Counted from the stretch's first letter, positions 49,733-60,822 are shown. The stretch is DNA of 64,000 bases from Candidatus Latescibacterota bacterium (GCA_965206595.1 OZ242214.1:4256001-4320000), one strand, 5' to 3'. The notes: a model not told the origin generated them from the letters alone. Translations and numbers: made by a program.

Positions 49733-51616
49733 ATGACCGTCACCATCGAAGCGCGCGAGCCCGCGCCCAACCCCCCGCGCTGGGCGGTCCTTCAACGGCG
49801 GCTGTTCGACGCCATCGAAGAGGCCGCGCCCAGGGTGCTGGAGAGATACACGAAGCCGGACGGCAACCTGCTGTGGCCTCCCTCTCCCGACTTCGAGAGC
49901 ATCGACGCCCTCGACGACTGCTACGAGAGCTTCCACAACTGGCCGCTCTTCTACCTGCTGGGCGGCAGCGACCGCTTCCTCGCCGCCGCCCAGCGGGAGT
50001 TCGAGGTCATCACCGCGGCGATGAGCGGCCACGGCACCGGCCACGGCTACCCCATGGTGGTCAAGGAGTACCAGCCTGGGTACGACTGGTTCCACCAGGG
50101 GGAGGGGAACTACCTCTTCTACATGCTCTGCGCCGCCGACCCGGACCATGCCGCCAACCTGGAGCGCGCCCGGCGCTTCGCCGGGCTGTTCCTTGGAGAG
50201 GATCCCGAGGCCCCCAACTACGACCGGGAAAAGCGGGTCATCCGCTGCGCACGGAACGGCAGCATGGGGCCGGCCTATTGGACCTTCGAGGACAGTCCGT
50301 ACTGGCCCTGGCACGGGTACAATCTGCCCTTCTACGACGTGCCGGGCTGCACCAGCCATGAGGCGGTGGGCGCCGATCCGGCGCTCCCGGAGCGGCTCGG
50401 CCGGGCGATGCGGGAGCGCCAGGGTCGAGGGGATTCCGTAGTGAACCTCCTGGCGACCGGCCTGGCAGCCAACGCCTTCCTGCTGACGGGTGAGGAGAAG
50501 TACCGCCGGTGGATCGTCGAGTACACCGGGGCCTGGATCGAGCGCGCCGGGGCGAACGACGGCATCGTCCCGGACAACGTCGGCCTCTCAGGCGAGGTCG
50601 GCGAGCACATCGACGGCAAGTGGTACGGGGCGAGCTACGGCTGGGCCTGGCCCCACGGGTGGCACAGCGTCGGGCAGGCGGTCGGGGTCGCCGCCCAGAA
50701 CGCCGCCCTGCTGACGGGAGACCTCGGGTACATGGATTTCCCCAGGTCGCAGATCGATCACCTTATTGCGCGCGGCATCGAGCGGGACGGCCAGCTCTAC
50801 GTGCCCCACAAGTACGACGACCCCGGCAGGGTGAGATACGAGCCGGGGGGCTGGATGCAGTACCCGATCCGAAACGAGGACGGCACCGCCCTGCAGAAGG
50901 ACGGCTGGTTCGAGTTCATGCCGATGTACCCGTCCGACATCGCCCATGTCTGGTGCATGTCGATGAGCCCGGTGGATTCAGCGCGGTTCGAGCGGACCCG
51001 CAAGAGGAGCGGCGACCCTTTCGCCGTCAACTCCTGGCACCACACCAAGGACCAGGGGGGGCACGACTGGGGGTGGCTGGCCTGGGTGCACGGGGATTTC
51101 GACCAGTATCCCGAGCGGATTCTCGAGCACAACCTCTCCCAGGTGCGGGCGCGCCTCGCTTTCATGGAGCAGGACGAGGAGGACCCGGCCGGGTACTCGG
51201 ACGCCTATTTCCAGAGACGCAACCCGGTCACCTGCGAGGGCCTGGTGCAGCTCACCCTCGGCGCGCCGCTGCCCCACTACAACGGGGGCCTTCTGGTTTC
51301 GGCGCTGCGCCACTTCGACGCCCTGCGCCGGCGCCCGGGCCTGCCGCCTGACGTGGCCGCGCTCGTGTCCGGAATGACCGCGGACAGGACCGACCTGACC
51401 CTGGTGAACCTCGGGCCGGAGCACCGGCAGGTGCTGATCCAGGCAGGGGGGATGGGAGAGCACGAGTTCACCGAAGCCGCCGTCGACGGGGCCCGGCAGC
51501 GCATTCCAGTCAACGCCTCCACCCTCGAGATCGGCCTTCCGCCCGGCACTCGCATCGGCCTCGAGCTGGAGATGAGGCGCTTCGTCAAGCGGCCGACCCT
51601 GGCCTTTCCCTGGTGA
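49733..51616 (+). CDS. Conserved hypothetical protein, probable alpha/alpha-toroid enzyme
   Basis: Long ORF with host-like codon bias; DDCYESF, YDWFHQGEG, PDNVG motifs; function not assignable. Confidence 0.7.
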   Translation: MTVTIEAREPAPNPPRWAVLQRRLFDAIEEAAPRVLERYTKPDGNLLWPPSPDFESIDALDDCYESFHNWPLFYLLGGSDRFLAAAQREFEVITAAMSGHGTGHGYPMVVKEYQPGYDWFHQGEGNYLFYMLCAADPDHAANLERARRFAGLFLGEDPEAPNYDREKRVIRCARNGSMGPAYWTFEDSPYWPWHGYNLPFYDVPGCTSHEAVGADPALPERLGRAMRERQGRGDSVVNLLATGLAANAFLLTGEEKYRRWIVEYTGAWIERAGANDGIVPDNVGLSGEVGEHIDGKWYGASYGWAWPHGWHSVGQAVGVAAQNAALLTGDLGYMDFPRSQIDHLIARGIERDGQLYVPHKYDDPGRVRYEPGGWMQYPIRNEDGTALQKDGWFEFMPMYPSDIAHVWCMSMSPVDSARFERTRKRSGDPFAVNSWHHTKDQGGHDWGWLAWVHGDFDQYPERILEHNLSQVRARLAFMEQDEEDPAGYSDAYFQRRNPVTCEGLVQLTLGAPLPHYNGGLLVSALRHFDALRRRPGLPPDVAALVSGMTADRTDLTLVNLGPEHRQVLIQAGGMGEHEFTEAAVDGARQRIPVNASTLEIGLPPGTRIGLELEMRRFVKRPTLAFPW

Positions 51617-51647
51617 GCAAGGGGCCGGCGCCCCTCGTTCCGATCCT

Positions 51648-53780
51648 TCAGAAGGTGCGGTGTCCGACTGCGCCGGCGAAGTAGCCGACGCAGAGCCAGA
51701 GGCCCATGGTGAGCATCTGGCCGGCGATCATCCCGAGGAACAGACCCCGGCTGCGGCGGTACCCGGCGGCGCCCCCGAACCTGAGGACGAGGACCTTGAC
51801 CGCCCAGGCGAGGAAGACGTTGGGGACCACCGGGTTCATCAGGCCCGTCGCCGCAACGGGAAAGCCGACCGGGTGCAGGGGCCACCAGGAGAGGCGCTGC
51901 CGGGCAAACATCAGCAGGGCCATGGCGCCGCCGCCGCCCAGGAGGAAGCCGATGCCGGGCCAGTAGATTCCCGCCGGCTCGAGGTTCCTCGCCGCGTTGT
52001 CGTAGGCTACCGCCGGTCCGGTCTTGAAGAACCACCCGTCGAGATTGACGCCCCCGTGGCGGTAGGCCATGTGGAAGGTCATCCAGAAGGATCCCAGGGC
52101 TCCGATCAGCAGGGCGAGGAGGAGGGCCCGGGAGACCAGCCGGCGGCCGGACGCATCCATCTCCTCGATCAGCTTCAGGGCGTTGGTGCAGGTCGCCATG
52201 GCGAAGGCGCGCACCTCCGAGCCCCAGATGTAGGCGAGGGAGAGGTTGAACACCCCGGTGGGGCCGACGAGGGTCGACCCCAGCCCCATGACGACGAAGT
52301 CCGGGGCGTTGACCGGGGCCCGCAGGGTCGCGAGCCCGGCCTCGGCAATGATCCGCGAAACACCGGTGAAGATCAGCAGGGCCGTGACGACGAAGACCAG
52401 CGAGACCCAGAACGGCGTCCCCATGATCGACAGCCACGCGGTCATGACCGCGGCTCCTCCGAGGGCTCCGGCCACGGCCCCTCGGTAGGGGAGGATCTCG
52501 TCGCTGTCGTCGACGTGGGGGGCCCGCCCCAGGGCTTTGAGCCAGACCTCCTTCAGGTGGTCGCGGCCGGCCCACAGTCCGGCCAGCACCAGCACCAGCA
52601 GGGCGCCGAGGCCCTGGTAACCCACCAGGGGAGAGTCGCTCACCCCGTGGAAGTGCACCTGGTCGGATTTGATTCCCCAGAGTCTGAGCGCAGCCTTCTC
52701 GGCCTTGGCCAGCAGGAAGAACACCCAGACCCCGGCCGATATCCTCGTGTCGATCAGGTAGGAGAACCCGACCAGAGCGTAGTTGACGTTGCCGCTCATG
52801 AACGGCAGGGGAACCGAGAAAGCCGGCAGGGTGATCGAGGGGAAGTAGTGGGACATGCCCTTGAAGCTGCCGGCGATGAAGGGGACGGCCATGCCGAACA
52901 GCACCAAGGGCTGCCGGAAGAAGCCGTTGACCAGGCTTCCGGCCTCCTCGCCGCGGATCATCGCCAGACCTGCCTGGGCGATGGGATAGGCCAGCCGTTC
53001 CCGCTCCATCCACTGGCGCCGCAGGATCACCGCTATCGAGATCGTGCAGACGTAGAGGGCCAGCAGGAACACCGCCCACCAGGCAAGCGGCTCCGCCCAG
53101 GCGCCGTAGGGGATCTCCTGCCCGGGTCCGGAGATGCCTTCGAAGAAAGCGGCGTTGCCGGCCCCGTCGTCGACGAGGAGGTTCCGCTCGGGAAAGAAGG
53201 GAAAGAGCTTCTCCCGCCACTGGTTCTCGGGGGAGGCGTAGTAGAAGATGGCGGTGAGGGTGGGCAGGAACTGCTCGATCAGGCCCATGGTGCAGACGGC
53301 CGAGACCATCGCCAGCATGGCGTAGACCATGATCAGCTCCCCCCGGTTGAGGGCCAGACTGCGGCCCGCAAGGGTCATGGGCAGGTTCACCAGGGCGCAG
53401 ACCAGCAGGAAGGTGGAGAAGATCAGCCCGGGGGAAAGGGGATCGAGGCGGGTCAGCGGCCAGTAGACGAGGAACCAGACGGCGACCGCGAACAGGGCGA
53501 AAACCAGGGCTGTGCCCCTGCCGCGGGCGGCGAGCTTGAAGAGGAGGTTGAGCAGCCCGATCAGCAGGAGAAAGAGGAAGATGGCGCCCGGGGTGCTGAT
53601 GTCGAGAGCGAGGTAGTCGCCCTTGAGAATCATATTGCCGTAGGGCGCCCCGATCGCCAGGAAGAAGCTCAGGAAGCTCCCGGCCCAGAATCCCCGCCAG
53701 GTGAGGTGATGCCCGGACTGGACCGGTTCGGACTGCGATCTCAGATGCTCGCGGTGGGGGGAGGCTATCTGCTTTCTCAT
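51648..53780 (-). CDS. Polytopic membrane protein, DUF6785/DUF6784-like putative transporter
   Basis: Many TM helices; LRRQW...ERLAYP, WWPLHPVG, LRFGG...Y...F.G motifs. Confidence 0.72.
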   Translation of the reverse strand: MRKQIASPHREHLRSQSEPVQSGHHLTWRGFWAGSFLSFFLAIGAPYGNMILKGDYLALDISTPGAIFLFLLLIGLLNLLFKLAARGRGTALVFALFAVAVWFLVYWPLTRLDPLSPGLIFSTFLLVCALVNLPMTLAGRSLALNRGELIMVYAMLAMVSAVCTMGLIEQFLPTLTAIFYYASPENQWREKLFPFFPERNLLVDDGAGNAAFFEGISGPGQEIPYGAWAEPLAWWAVFLLALYVCTISIAVILRRQWMERERLAYPIAQAGLAMIRGEEAGSLVNGFFRQPLVLFGMAVPFIAGSFKGMSHYFPSITLPAFSVPLPFMSGNVNYALVGFSYLIDTRISAGVWVFFLLAKAEKAALRLWGIKSDQVHFHGVSDSPLVGYQGLGALLVLVLAGLWAGRDHLKEVWLKALGRAPHVDDSDEILPYRGAVAGALGGAAVMTAWLSIMGTPFWVSLVFVVTALLIFTGVSRIIAEAGLATLRAPVNAPDFVVMGLGSTLVGPTGVFNLSLAYIWGSEVRAFAMATCTNALKLIEEMDASGRRLVSRALLLALLIGALGSFWMTFHMAYRHGGVNLDGWFFKTGPAVAYDNAARNLEPAGIYWPGIGFLLGGGGAMALLMFARQRLSWWPLHPVGFPVAATGLMNPVVPNVFLAWAVKVLVLRFGGAAGYRRSRGLFLGMIAGQMLTMGLWLCVGYFAGAVGHRTF

Positions 53781-53877
53781 GGGATGGGTTATTTCAGGGG
53801 CACGATTGCGGAAGGGACCGACCATTTGGTGGGAAAGCGGAAACTGTCAGGCCGGCGCCCGAGGCAGCGGACCGCCA

Positions 53878-54505
53878 TTATCGATCGATTTCGAGGGCTG
53901 CCTTGATGCGGCCCCAGGTGCGGTCCCGGACGACGCTGTCGGCGTACGGCGGATAGAGCATCCAGTCCCCGAGGGAATCGGAAATAAAGGGAAGAATCAT
54001 GATGGGCCCTTCCGGCACCATGGCCGCAGCCCAAAACCTCTGGGATTTGTTTCGGAAACGCCCTTCGTCGCTGAAGATACTTTCCCTTTCCGGGCTGTGA
54101 TCTCCATCAACCTCCAATTGTATCAAGTCCCGAAAAAACTGACCGAACGGCCTGCGGTCTCCAGGTCACGTCGTCGGCGAAGGCCCCGGCGAAGTAGATG
54201 CGGTCCAGCTCCCCGTGCCAGCCAAGCCACATGGCGAAATCGAGGTCTGAGGAATCGTACGAAAAGTCGTCCATTTCGAAATCGATCGTCTTCAGGGTCG
54301 GCTCACCCAGCAAGTCGGGCCATTCATCGGTGGTGCCGTCTCGCAGATCGATCTGGGCAAGCATGTCGTCGGTGATCTCCGGCATCGGAACCACCCTGTC
54401 CCCTTCATGGGCGGTCGCCCGGTGGGATGGAAGGGCGACGCATGTGATGGCCGCGGTGAGGAGGAGGAACGGCCTCCTTCCGCCGGATTGATGAGAGACT
54501 TCCAT
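53878..54505 (-). pseudogene. Paralog B of the secreted WGxIK family, internally shortened and frameshifted
   Basis: MEVSHQSGG signal peptide, AHEGDRVVP...SDLDFAMWLGWH; frameshift near 54115; ends SVVRDRTWGRIKAALEIDR. Confidence 0.72.
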
Positions 54506-55312
54506 TTGTAAATCCTTTCGTCCCGAACAATACGAAAAAAGCCCGCGACCAAGTTCTTCTTCAGGCGGTGAAGGTAGCTTGCCTGACAGGGACTCGGGCC
54601 ACGGGCTCTGGGGTCGGCGCCAGCGGTACAGGCCGCGCCGGAAAGCAGGGGGCCTTATCGATCGAGCTCGAGGGCTGCCTTGATGCGGTCCCAAGTGCGA
54701 TCGCGGACGACGCTGTCGGCCTGGTCGCGACTCAGCAGCACGTCAACGCCCTGCAGTTGGTAGCGCGCCTGGATCCTGCGGTCCGGACTGTCTCTATCGA
54801 ATACGGTCAAATAAAGTCCAATTACCTTTCCTGCTGTGAGGTCGGATACCACGTTTTCCTCCGGTTCCAGGGCCACCAGCAAATCGAAAGGGGTTACATG
54901 GAATTCGATGACCCATATCGTCGGCTGTTCTCCAATCACACTACCACCTGATTCACAATACGGCGGATGGACCATCCAGTCCCCAGGGGCTTCCAGCGGA
55001 GCGTGAGTAACCCATGGCATAATCACATTGGGACCCTCCGATATCCACGGGGTCGCCTCATAGAGTTGATTCTCCAATCGGTAACGCCCTTCCTCCACGA
55101 TACTTGCATCTGTCGTTCGCCCGAGGTGATCCCCGTCGACCCAAAATGTTATCTTGTCCTGGTACTGGTTTGTTGCGAAAGGAGGATGACCAGTCCCCCA
55201 GTACGCGTTATCGACGAAGGCCCCGGCGAAGTAGATGCGTCCAGCTCCTGGTGCCAGCCCAGCCATACTGCGAAATCCAGATCTGAGGGATCGTAGTCAG
55301 TAGAGATCTCAT

Positions 55313-57172
55313 CCCTTGTTATTCATGGAATTTTAGTGGAGAGGGCTGTACTGGGTGCCTCCCATGCTTAGATTTCAGAGGGAAACACAAGGCAGTATCG
55401 CCCTTTGAACCCATCACACAGTAGGACACCCAATGGGTGAATTACCGTCACACACCGAGTCCGAGCAAGCCGGGCCGATTCAGCCGTCTTTCAACCGCTC
55501 CATCCACATCGAAGCCCGCCCCACCCACCTTGGCAGCGACACCGGTGCGCTGATGTTGCGTCAACTGCTCGAACACAGCCGGGTTCTGGATTGGGTCGAC
55601 GCCCACTTCGAGGATCTCCGTACCCAAGACCAGATCACGCACCCGCTGCCGGAGCTGCTGCGCACACAGATCGTGCTGCTGGCACAGGGCTGGACCCACG
55701 CCGCCGACGCCGACGCGTTGCGCCAAGATCCGATCCTGCGTCTGGCGGTCAGCGATCGCAAAGGGCAGGCGCCGTTGCGCAGCGGCGACGAAGACCGGCC
55801 GCAGGGACTGGCCAGTCAGCCGACGCTGTCGCGCCTGCTCGAGCAAGCCTCGACTGCCTATAACCGCGAGGTGTTGGAGGAAGCCGTCCTGCGCAGCGCC
55901 CGGTCTCGTTGCCGGCTGCTGGAAGGACGGATGAAATACGAGGAGTTGGCCGTCGACATGGATGCCCTGCCGATGCCGGCGCACGGGCACCAGGCGGGGG
56001 TCGAATACAACGGCTACTTCCACGCCTCGGGGTACCATCCCCTGCTCCTCGGCTCGGCGCAGACGGGCGATTTCTTCGGTGCCGTGCTGCGGCCGGGCAA
56101 CGTGCACGCCCATGAGGGCGCCTCAGAGGCTCTCGGCAAGCGCTTGGACTGGATTCAGTCGCATCTGGCCCGGCGCCTCATCCTGCGCTTCGACGCGGCC
56201 TCGGTGAGCGGGTCTTTCCTGAGTGAGCTGGAAGCGCGGGCCGACACCTCGTACGTGGCGCGCATCAAGAAGAATGCGCGCCTGGAGGAGCTGGCTCGTG
56301 CCTGGGTGGAAGGCTATCAGCAGGAGCTGGCGCAGCACCCGGAAGAGCTGCGGGAAGAGGGTTTTCGCTGTCGCGAGCTGCGCTATCAAGCCAGGTCCTG
56401 GGCGCAGCCCCGGCGGGTGGTGTTGGTCCTGGTCCCTTCCGAGACGGAAGAGCTGCCCATCGCCCGCCACTTCTTCCTGATCACCGACCAGAGTCCCCAG
56501 ACGATGAGCGGCCGCGACCTGGTCGCCTTTTATCGTCAGCGCGGCCTTTTCGAGCGCATGCTCGGCGAGTTGAGCTCCACCCTCCAGCCTCAGCTCTCCT
56601 CTACCACCCGTCGCAAGCAACACTACCGGGGTCGAGAGCCGCGTCAGCGCACCCCGTCCCGGGATGCCTTCGCTGCCAACCAGGCGCTTCTGACCTTGAA
56701 CCTGCTGGCCTACAACCTGCTTCACCTGGGCCGCCAGGCCGCCGAACGCGCCGAGGCCCGACGCGGGCGGCCCCGCACATACGGACGCTCGACGACGGCC
56801 CTGAGCCTGGACAGTTTTCGACGGCGCTACCTGCGCCTGCCGTCCCGCGTCACCTTGCATGGGCGCAGGGTGGGCGTCATCCTGACCCAAGGGACGGCGG
56901 CTGCCTGGGATCGTCTGTGGAGATTTCTGGCCACGCTCAAACCGGTGGACGCGGCGATGGCGTAAGCGCAGGCCGGGTCGGTCGGGATGATGGGCTCGCA
57001 AAGGCAAGCGTCTTCGAGAAGGCGTGTACAATTTCAACAAGGTCGGTAGAGATAAGGAGACGGCTCTACCCAAAAAGCCGACTATAGAAGGGACGCAAGC
57101 CTCTGAGGCTAAGCAAAGGGGTCTCGGAAGCGCCTATGTCCGCTTATGCGCGGGTTGAATGAATAACAAAGG
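55313..57172 (+). mobile_element. IS1380-family element, copy 1 (1860 bp)
   Basis: IRs cccttgttattcat / atgaataacaaagg; 5-bp target duplication ctcat (55308-55312 and 57173-57177). Confidence 0.93.
55433..56965 (+). CDS. IS1380-family transposase
   Basis: SDTGAL, D...LRQDP, LASQPTLSRL, YNGYF...GYHPL, LRPGN, FYRQRG..E. Confidence 0.92.
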   Translation: MGELPSHTESEQAGPIQPSFNRSIHIEARPTHLGSDTGALMLRQLLEHSRVLDWVDAHFEDLRTQDQITHPLPELLRTQIVLLAQGWTHAADADALRQDPILRLAVSDRKGQAPLRSGDEDRPQGLASQPTLSRLLEQASTAYNREVLEEAVLRSARSRCRLLEGRMKYEELAVDMDALPMPAHGHQAGVEYNGYFHASGYHPLLLGSAQTGDFFGAVLRPGNVHAHEGASEALGKRLDWIQSHLARRLILRFDAASVSGSFLSELEARADTSYVARIKKNARLEELARAWVEGYQQELAQHPEELREEGFRCRELRYQARSWAQPRRVVLVLVPSETEELPIARHFFLITDQSPQTMSGRDLVAFYRQRGLFERMLGELSSTLQPQLSSTTRRKQHYRGREPRQRTPSRDAFAANQALLTLNLLAYNLLHLGRQAAERAEARRGRPRTYGRSTTALSLDSFRRRYLRLPSRVTLHGRRVGVILTQGTAAAWDRLWRFLATLKPVDAAMA

Positions 57173-57183
57173 CTCATAACCTA

Positions 57184-58350
57184 GTGTCCTGTCGTGTAAT
57201 TGACTGTACAAACAATTGAAAGTGCCGTAGGTTTCTCTTATCCCCCTTCTGAAAGGAGAGACCTATGGTTACGGGGCGTCCATTACCGCCGTTAGAGCTG
57301 AGTCCGTCGGACCGGGAACGATTGGAATCGATGGCCAAATCCCGGAGCCTTTCCCACGGGTTGGTGCGGCGAGCCGAGATTAGTCTGCTGGCCGCAGAAG
57401 GCTGGCCCAATGAAGCCGTCGCCGCCGCCGTGGGTGTGACGCGTGCTACGGTCGGCAAGTGGCGCCGGCGCTTTCTCGAAAACGGGCTCCCGGGCTTGCA
57501 TGATGAGCTGCGCTCAGGGGCGCCACGATCGAGTACGGATGAACAGGTAGCCGAGGTGGTATACAAGACCCTGAAGACCAAGCCCAAAGACGAAACACAG
57601 TGGTCGGTGCGCTCCATGGGCGAAGAAACCGGCTTGACCAAGGACGCGGTTCATCGCATTTGGCGCACGTATGGTTTGCAGCCCCATCGACACAAGCACT
57701 TCAAGCTTTCCACCGATCCTTTCTTTGTCGACAAAGTACGGGATATCGTCGGCTTGTACCTGAATCCCCCCGAGCACGCCCTGGTGCTGTGCGTGGACGA
57801 GAAGAGCCCGATCCAGGCGTTGGAACGAAGTCAGCCCATGCTGCCCCTGGGACTGGGATACGTGGAAGGGATTACGCACGATTACAAGCGCCATGGCACC
57901 ACCACCCTGTTTGCCGCCTTGGACGTAGCCACCGGGGAAGTGATGACCCAGTGCAAGCCCCGTCATCGTCACCAGGAGTTCCTTCAGTTCCTGCGCCACA
58001 TCGAGGCCCACGTCCCCGCTGACCTCGATATTCATCTCGTCGTCGACAACTACGCCACGCATAAGCAGGCCAAGGTCAAGCGATGGCTGGCACGGCGTCC
58101 CCGATTTCACGTTCACTACACCCCCACCTATGCTTCGTGGCTCAATCAGGTGGAGATCTGGTTCAATATCCTTACCCGCCAGGCGGTTCGGCGCGATTCG
58201 TTCCGTAAGGTATCCGAGCTCATCGAGCGCATCGAACGCTACACGGCCAAATGGAACGCCAACGCACACCCTTTCGTGTGGACGGCTACGGCCGATTCCA
58301 TCCTCGCGAAAATCAAGAGACTTTGCGAACGAATCTCTGCGACACAACAC
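57184..58350 (+). mobile_element. IS630-family element inserted at CTAG with TA duplication
   Basis: ctag on both flanks; ends gtgtcctgtcg / cgacacaacac. Confidence 0.9.
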
Positions 58351-58353
58351 TAG
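57265..58353 (+). CDS. IS630-family transposase
   Basis: [43 protein letters not shown]. Confidence 0.93.
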   Translation: MVTGRPLPPLELSPSDRERLESMAKSRSLSHGLVRRAEISLLAAEGWPNEAVAAAVGVTRATVGKWRRRFLENGLPGLHDELRSGAPRSSTDEQVAEVVYKTLKTKPKDETQWSVRSMGEETGLTKDAVHRIWRTYGLQPHRHKHFKLSTDPFFVDKVRDIVGLYLNPPEHALVLCVDEKSPIQALERSQPMLPLGLGYVEGITHDYKRHGTTTLFAALDVATGEVMTQCKPRHRHQEFLQFLRHIEAHVPADLDIHLVVDNYATHKQAKVKRWLARRPRFHVHYTPTYASWLNQVEIWFNILTRQAVRRDSFRKVSELIERIERYTAKWNANAHPFVWTATADSILAKIKRLCERISATQH

Positions 58354-58705
58354 GTCACTCATTCCGAAATCGATCGTCTTCGGTGTCGGCTCGCCCAGCA
58401 AGTCGGGCCATTCATCGGTGGTGCCGTCTCGCAGATCGATCTGGGCAAGAATGTCGTCGGTGATCTCCAGGATCGGAACCACCCGGTCCCCTTCATGGGC
58501 GGTCGCCCGGTGGGATGGAAGGACGACGCATGTGATGGCCGCGGTGAGGAGGAGGAACGGCCTCCTTCCGCCGGATTGATGAGAGACTTCCATTTGTAAA
58601 TCCTTTCGTCCCGAACAACGAAAAAGCCCGCGACCAAGTTCTTCTTCAGGCGGTGAAGGTAGCTTGCCTGACAGGGACTCGGGCCACGGGCTCTGGGGCC
58701 GGCGC

Positions 58706-58912
58706 CAGATGAATATCGAGGTCAGCGGGGACGTGGGCCTCGATGTGGCGCAGGAACGGGAGGAACTCCTGGTGACGATGACGGGGCTTGCACTGGGTTA
58801 TCACTTCCCCGGTGGCTACGTCCAAGGCGGCAAACAGGGTGGTGGTGCCATGGCGCTTGTAATCGTGCGGTACCCCTTCCACGTATCCCAGTCCCAGGGG
58901 CAGCATGGGCTG
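58706..58912 (-). mobile_element. Internal fragment of a second IS630 copy
   Basis: [13 protein letters not shown]...PADLDIHL nearly identical to part of 57265-58353. Confidence 0.85.
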
Positions 58913-59596
58913 CGTCTGCGCATTGTCGATGCCGACCCTCTTTCCTTCGCGCTCAAAACGCCGTGGTCGGATGGGACCCGCCATCTCCTGCTGTCTCCGA
59001 TGGAACTGCTGGAGAAGCTGGCGGCTCTGGTTCCCCCGCCCCGGTTTCATCTCCTACGCTACCACGGGGTCCTGGCGCCCCGGGCCCGGGCCCGCGAGCG
59101 CATCGTGCCGGCCCAACCGGGTGCCGAGCCGGCGGCGGCGGACGGCGATGCGAGCGCTGCGTCCTGCGGCCATCGACTGCGCTGGGCGACCCTGCTGGCG
59201 CGGGTGTTTTCCTCCGACCTCAGCGAATGCGCGGCCTGTGGGGGGCGCCTGAGAATCATCGCCGCCCTGACCGATCCGGCCTCGATCCGGACCTATCCGG
59301 AGGGGGTAGGGCTGCCGGCGATGCCCCCGCCGAGGGCCCCGCCTGAGCCGCTGTTCGAGTTCGCCGCCTGACCTCCTCCGCGATTCGCTCCCGGCGCCGT
59401 GAGCCGTACGGAGGAGTACGCCCTCAAATACCAGATTGACCCCTGAAACGCGCCGAAATCCTTTACAACGGTGCTTGGAGCAGGCCCGAACGGTTCGGTG
59501 CGACGACAAGCGATTCATCAAGAACCCTGTCCAACCCTTGACAACAGTTTCAGCGAATTGATAGTACCGATATCGGTGCCCTTATTTTTCCTATAC
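58913..59596 (+). mobile_element. IS91/ISCR-type (Y2 rolling-circle) element 3' remnant
   Basis: LKTPWSDGT...LAALVPPPRFHLLRYHGVLAP...CGGRLRIIA...PRAPP; terminal ttcctatac at 59588-59596 resembles oriIS. Confidence 0.78.
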
Positions 59597-59598
59597 AT

Positions 59599-59715
59599 AT
59601 CGATTCGCTGACGGTGGAGGCCGTGAAGCGGTCAGCGCAGAAGTATTTCAACATGGACCGCTATGTGCGGGTAGTGCTCTATCCGAAGGAGGCGGGTGAG
59701 TCGGGAGAAGAGTAG
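59599..59715 (+). pseudogene. C-terminal remnant of an M16 (PqqL-like) peptidase
   Basis: IDSLTVEAVKRSAQKYFNMDRYVRVVLYP then stop; not in the ORF track. Confidence 0.55.
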
Positions 59716-59829
59716 CGCTACGTGGCACCGTATATTTTTCTCGCCACTACGTCGTCGTCGGCCCGGGCTGTTTTGGTTGGGTCGGCGGCGACTTTAGCAT
59801 CTCTATAATGTAGAATTTAAATATTGGAG

Positions 59830-60822
59830 TTAGCCTGCATTGAGCAGAAGAGGTCGAGACTCCAAACTGCGAAGAGACTCAATTCGCCTATCCACATTTA
59901 GGATTGATCGCCCCATTATTTGGTAGCGATCTATTCCTATACGAGTCAAGAATGATGTAGGAATACTCAATAGACCGCCATCAAGCAATGCTACAAGTGC
60001 GCCAGCTCCAATGGCAGCTCCGGATTTTACAGCTCTTGCTAATCCATCCTTCATCGCTATATCAAAAGTTTTTCGCCCCATCAGGACCTTGCGTCCTTCT
60101 CCTACTGCAATTAAGGCAAAAGGCAAACCGGGTAAAACAGTTTCAAGCAATTCTTCAACTGGTCCGTCAAGGAGATCTTCCATAGGAGCACGGATAGTTT
60201 CTTCCAGTGCTTCATCCGAAAAACCACTAGAGAATATATTTTGTGCCGCATCTCCCCCAGCATTAAGCACTTCATCCGTTGTTAACACATCAATATCTGG
60301 ATAACGTTCTAATGCTTCTTTGACATAAGAGAGTGACTCTGTGGCTTTTAATTGGAGTTCTTGGGCAATCGAGCCATCACTGTTCATTATCTGCAGATCC
60401 CATCCCGGCTGTGTTGCGCTTTCCGCTAGCAAAGCGGTCTGTCCTAGTTCCAAGTGAATATCACCTACCCATTCACCTGCGTTTAGTTCATCTCTAACGA
60501 GAACTTCAAAATACTTCCCTTTCCAAGCCGAGAGGAATCCTTCGATTTCATCAGCGGAGCGACCTGCTAAAGATGAAAGATCGACATTCGGATAAGCTAG
60601 GCTGAATGCCGAAGCCATCTGTGGAGTAACTTGAGACATATCAATCTGATCAGTAAGGAATAGCGCACTCACGGCCGTAGCTGCTGCGGCTGCGTCAATA
60701 AGTGCCTGTTCGCGCTTTTTGACATAGTTCTGATACAGTTCCGCTATAGCATCTCTAACTGATTGATCTGATACGCGATTATTTCGATACTGGTTGGCAA
60801 GAGAACTTAATTTATCATCCAT
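59830..60822 (-). CDS. Hypothetical protein with PD-(D/E)xK-like core and C-terminal hydrophobic helices
   Basis: KGKYFE...QPGWDL...ELQLKAT; intact 330-aa AT-rich ORF. Confidence 0.7.
   Translation of the reverse strand: MDDKLSSLANQYRNNRVSDQSVRDAIAELYQNYVKKREQALIDAAAAATAVSALFLTDQIDMSQVTPQMASAFSLAYPNVDLSSLAGRSADEIEGFLSAWKGKYFEVLVRDELNAGEWVGDIHLELGQTALLAESATQPGWDLQIMNSDGSIAQELQLKATESLSYVKEALERYPDIDVLTTDEVLNAGGDAAQNIFSSGFSDEALEETIRAPMEDLLDGPVEELLETVLPGLPFALIAVGEGRKVLMGRKTFDIAMKDGLARAVKSGAAIGAGALVALLDGGLLSIPTSFLTRIGIDRYQIMGRSILNVDRRIESLRSLESRPLLLNAG

Larger units (their letters stand above)
54655..58593 (-). pseudogene. Paralog A of the secreted WGxIK family, interrupted by IS630 and IS1380
   Basis: Removing both IS restores [30 protein letters not shown]; extra 1-nt deletion near 55238; ends SVVRDRTWDRIKAALELDR. 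Confidence 0.8.
54277..58709. repeat. About 345-bp near-identical direct repeat (54277-54622 and about 58365-58709): intergenic leader plus first ~75 codons of the paralogs
   Basis: Direct comparison; scattered substitutions and short indels. Confidence 0.88.
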
